From a virus (taxonomy: Duplodnaviria; Caudoviricetes): a DNA stretch of 26,561 nucleotides. The position numbers were made by a program, and so were the translations under genes. The notes below the pieces were generated by a model, which saw nothing but the letters and a program-made list of their open reading frames with translations, had not been told where the DNA came from and did not search any database. Positions 24,120 through 26,561 of the stretch are shown here, piece after piece. The stretch lies in the IMG/VR virus record IMGVR_UViG_3300021560_000062, positions 1 through 26,561 of that record, one strand, 5' to 3'. Every line of letters begins with the position of its first letter. The first letter of the stretch is position 1.

Positions 24120-25568
24120 TCAGTACTTGATGATCTTATACAGGATCATGGTCGGCTGCACGCCTGGAACAGCGGCACCCGTCGATCCCGACGTAGTTTG
24201 ACTGCCAACCAAGCCGCCGGTCACGGTGCCGCCGCTGATGTTGCCGGACGCCACCGACCCCGTGCCGCCCGTCACCGGGATGCCGCCCACCACCACGCTG
24301 CCGCCGTTGACGCAGGCACTGCACGTGGCCGTTTGGCCGGCCGCCGTCGTGCCGGAAACAGTGATGTTGTTGACGCTGGCCCCCGGAGGCACGCCTGCAT
24401 TGGCAGTATTCTGCGAGTTTGTAGAGCTTGCCGGGTTGAACCCCGTCACCGCTACGCCGGCGCCAGTGGTGGCAAAATTGTTGCCGAGCGTGTAATTTAT
24501 GGTCGTCGTGATGAATTGGTTGGCGTTGCTAGACGACACTGTCGCGGGCGTCACCGCTGCCGCCGATACGCCCGCACCGCTTACAGCCGGGTCATGACCG
24601 GTCGCAATCGTCTGCGGAGAGACCGTCACGGTGCCACCGGTGACGCAACCGGTACACGAGATGCTGGCACCCGACAATGTGCCCGCCGTGACGTTCAACG
24701 TGGGGATCGACCCCACCGTCAAAACATGATTCTGAACGCCCCCTGCATTGCTAAAAGTGCCGCTGTCAAAATTGCCGCCTGCAACAGTAATGCGGTTAGC
24801 GAGTGGTCCTCCTCCAAAAGCCGGAACGGTATCCAAGCCAGCAACCACGCGCCCGCGCAAATCAGGCAGGCCAAAATTACCAGCTGCGCAGCCATCGGCG
24901 ACAGTGAAAGTGTCTCCCATGATGGTGTAGAGATTATTGAACGTCGTTGACGACACACACGAGCCATCCGCGAGGAAGAATCCAGCCGGAATATTGGTGC
25001 CGGCAAAGTCCAGCACCGTGCCGGCCGGCAATGGCGAAGCGGGCGTAATCTCGTAGCAAGTGCCGTCCCACATGGCATCTACCAGCTGGGTGGCGATGAT
25101 CTCACCACCCTGCAGCGGCTGCACGGTCAACGCGGCAAATGGGCTGCGCTTGCAAACCGGCCGCGCCGTCGTGGATCCCACCTGCAACGTCATCGCTGCG
25201 GTGTTCGTGAAGCCCGAGAGGAACAGCACCCGGTTGCCGAACGTGACAGTGAAGCCGCCCGGTGTCGTGGTAGCCACCACCTGGGCATTGGCGCTGCCGG
25301 TCGAGCCGGCCGGCGGGCCGATAAAGATCGACGTGCCGCCCTGCGCCGGCGTCAACGGCGTCACGAGGCCGGTCAGCTGGGTGATATCCGGGTTGATGCC
25401 CGAGATCGCCGCATTGCCCAGGCACGTGATGATGGCGTTGTAGTTCGCCATCACCTGATTGGCGTCAGCGATCGTGTTGTTGGTCAGCGTGAACGGCAAA
25501 GCGCACGGCACCGCCGCGTGGGCCGGCGACCAGGCGAGAGCGAATAGGAGCGCGATCAGCTTCTTCAT
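24120..25568 (-). CDS. Tail fibre protein with phage tail-collar domain and N-terminal signal peptide
   Basis: Collar motif PAGTVLDFAG...PAGFFLADG...LY...G...FGLPDLRGRVVAG, Thr/Gly-rich shaft, terminal VQPTMILYKIIKY, N-terminus MKKLIALLFALAWSPAHA. Confidence 0.88.
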   Translation of the reverse strand: MKKLIALLFALAWSPAHAAVPCALPFTLTNNTIADANQVMANYNAIITCLGNAAISGINPDITQLTGLVTPLTPAQGGTSIFIGPPAGSTGSANAQVVATTTPGGFTVTFGNRVLFLSGFTNTAAMTLQVGSTTARPVCKRSPFAALTVQPLQGGEIIATQLVDAMWDGTCYEITPASPLPAGTVLDFAGTNIPAGFFLADGSCVSSTTFNNLYTIMGDTFTVADGCAAGNFGLPDLRGRVVAGLDTVPAFGGGPLANRITVAGGNFDSGTFSNAGGVQNHVLTVGSIPTLNVTAGTLSGASISCTGCVTGGTVTVSPQTIATGHDPAVSGAGVSAAAVTPATVSSSNANQFITTTINYTLGNNFATTGAGVAVTGFNPASSTNSQNTANAGVPPGASVNNITVSGTTAAGQTATCSACVNGGSVVVGGIPVTGGTGSVASGNISGGTVTGGLVGSQTTSGSTGAAVPGVQPTMILYKIIKY

Positions 25569-26561
25569 GCGACTGCTGCCAGCACGTTGGAGAGGTAGCG
25601 CAGAATCTGGTAGCGCAACGAGAGCGTACCAATTTTAACCGAAGCCGACGATGGTCCGGTGACGTCGAATTGAATCCGGCAAAAGACCAGCGGCAGGTGC
25701 CAATTCACTTGCCGGGGGACCAGGAAATTGGGCGTTCCGCCCCACACCGCCTGCCCCCACACGAACTGCCCCCATACCGTCGCCACGCCGGTAGAAACGA
25801 TGTCGAACGTGTCCAGCACAGTGGCATTTTGGTTGAGTGCCTTCACCACGAAGTCGGCCGACCCCGCCGCCGTCTGCACGTTAAGCGTGGTCTCGGTGAT
25901 GCAGTTCTCCGTCATCTTCTCGGTGTCGGGCAGAAACGACGTGCGCCAATCAAACGCCAGCTGAATGCCGTTCTCGGTGAACGTAGAGGTGGCGTTCTGC
26001 ACCACGTCGCTTTGCCAGATAGAGGCGTGCACGTTGACCGGCGTCATCAGGAAGGTGCCTTGGGACGGCACCATGTTGACCGCCGGGAAGGTGTGCGGAC
26101 CCGACCATATCTTGCGGGCGAAGTCGTACCAGAATTCCTGCCAGGGGGCTCCCGGCACGCTCACGTTCTGCGTGGTGATCCTAATCACGTCCCCGACACA
26201 GCCCGCCACCATGCGCGACGGCACGTTGGCATAGATGAACGGAGCCACCACGCCTTGCCCGTCATTGCCGATCGGCTCCGACATACGGGCGTTGAAGTCG
26301 ATCAACCGCAGCCCTTGCGGAGAGACGAACGCCAGCCCCTGCGGTGTGGTGCAGACCGTGCGCGCAGCCTGTGTGCCAGTGGAAATATTGAGCGTGTTGA
26401 CGGATAAATTATTCAACGCTGCGTCGCCGAGCACCTGATAGACATTGATGTTGCCCTTGAACACCATCAGCGCCTGGATGATGCCGCCCAGCTGGTTGTA
26501 AAACGACAATGGTCCGAGCGCGGTCAGCTTCTCGGTGTCGCCGAACGTCAACACCTGATTG
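25565..26561 (-). CDS. Tail/head-stabilisation (P22 gp10 / tubular-tail-like beta-propeller) protein, 5'-truncated by the window
   Basis: Beta-rich ORF open to the window edge, with LMVFK, GLAFVS..GL, WYDF...WS and WGQFVWGQAVWG. It lies upstream of the fibre and ejection genes. Confidence 0.7.
   Translation of the reverse strand, partial: NQVLTFGDTEKLTALGPLSFYNQLGGIIQALMVFKGNINVYQVLGDAALNNLSVNTLNISTGTQAARTVCTTPQGLAFVSPQGLRLIDFNARMSEPIGNDGQGVVAPFIYANVPSRMVAGCVGDVIRITTQNVSVPGAPWQEFWYDFARKIWSGPHTFPAVNMVPSQGTFLMTPVNVHASIWQSDVVQNATSTFTENGIQLAFDWRTSFLPDTEKMTENCITETTLNVQTAAGSADFVVKALNQNATVLDTFDIVSTGVATVWGQFVWGQAVWGGTPNFLVPRQVNWHLPLVFCRIQFDVTGPSSASVKIGTLSLRYQILRYLSNVLAAVA

Overview
A roughly 26.5 kb piece of a GC-rich, podovirus-like dsDNA phage or prophage. 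An alphaproteobacterial (Rhizobiales-like) host is my inference from gene style, not shown. Two modules converge at about 14,970. The + strand (1-14,972) carries small early genes, an Amidase_3/RlpA-like cell-wall hydrolase, an HTH regulator, a family A DNA polymerase, an HNH endonuclease, Cas4-like and VRR-NUC nucleases, two methyltransferase-like genes, a SNF2 helicase, a putative ssDNA-binding protein and a primase/DUF927 helicase. The - strand (26,561-14,965) carries a tail/head-stabilisation protein (partial), a tail-collar fibre, a GNAT protein, three DNA-ejection-type proteins, a PurD-like ATP-grasp ligase and a terminal helical ORF. The most unusual points are: (1) the ATP-grasp ligase sits inside the virion operon, has a 54-aa coupled peptide upstream, and has an A_AAA_AAG slippery site that leads into a 454-nt overlapping -1-frame ORF; (2) there are candidate overprinted genes with their own SD sites in the +1 frame of the polymerase and primase; (3) a 57-aa HiPIP-like [4Fe-4S] protein missed by the ORF track lies next to the Cas4-like nuclease; (4) the tail fibre has a Sec-type signal peptide and 10 Cys; (5) the polymerase has non-canonical motifs. 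All calls come from motif recognition by eye; no database searches were run.
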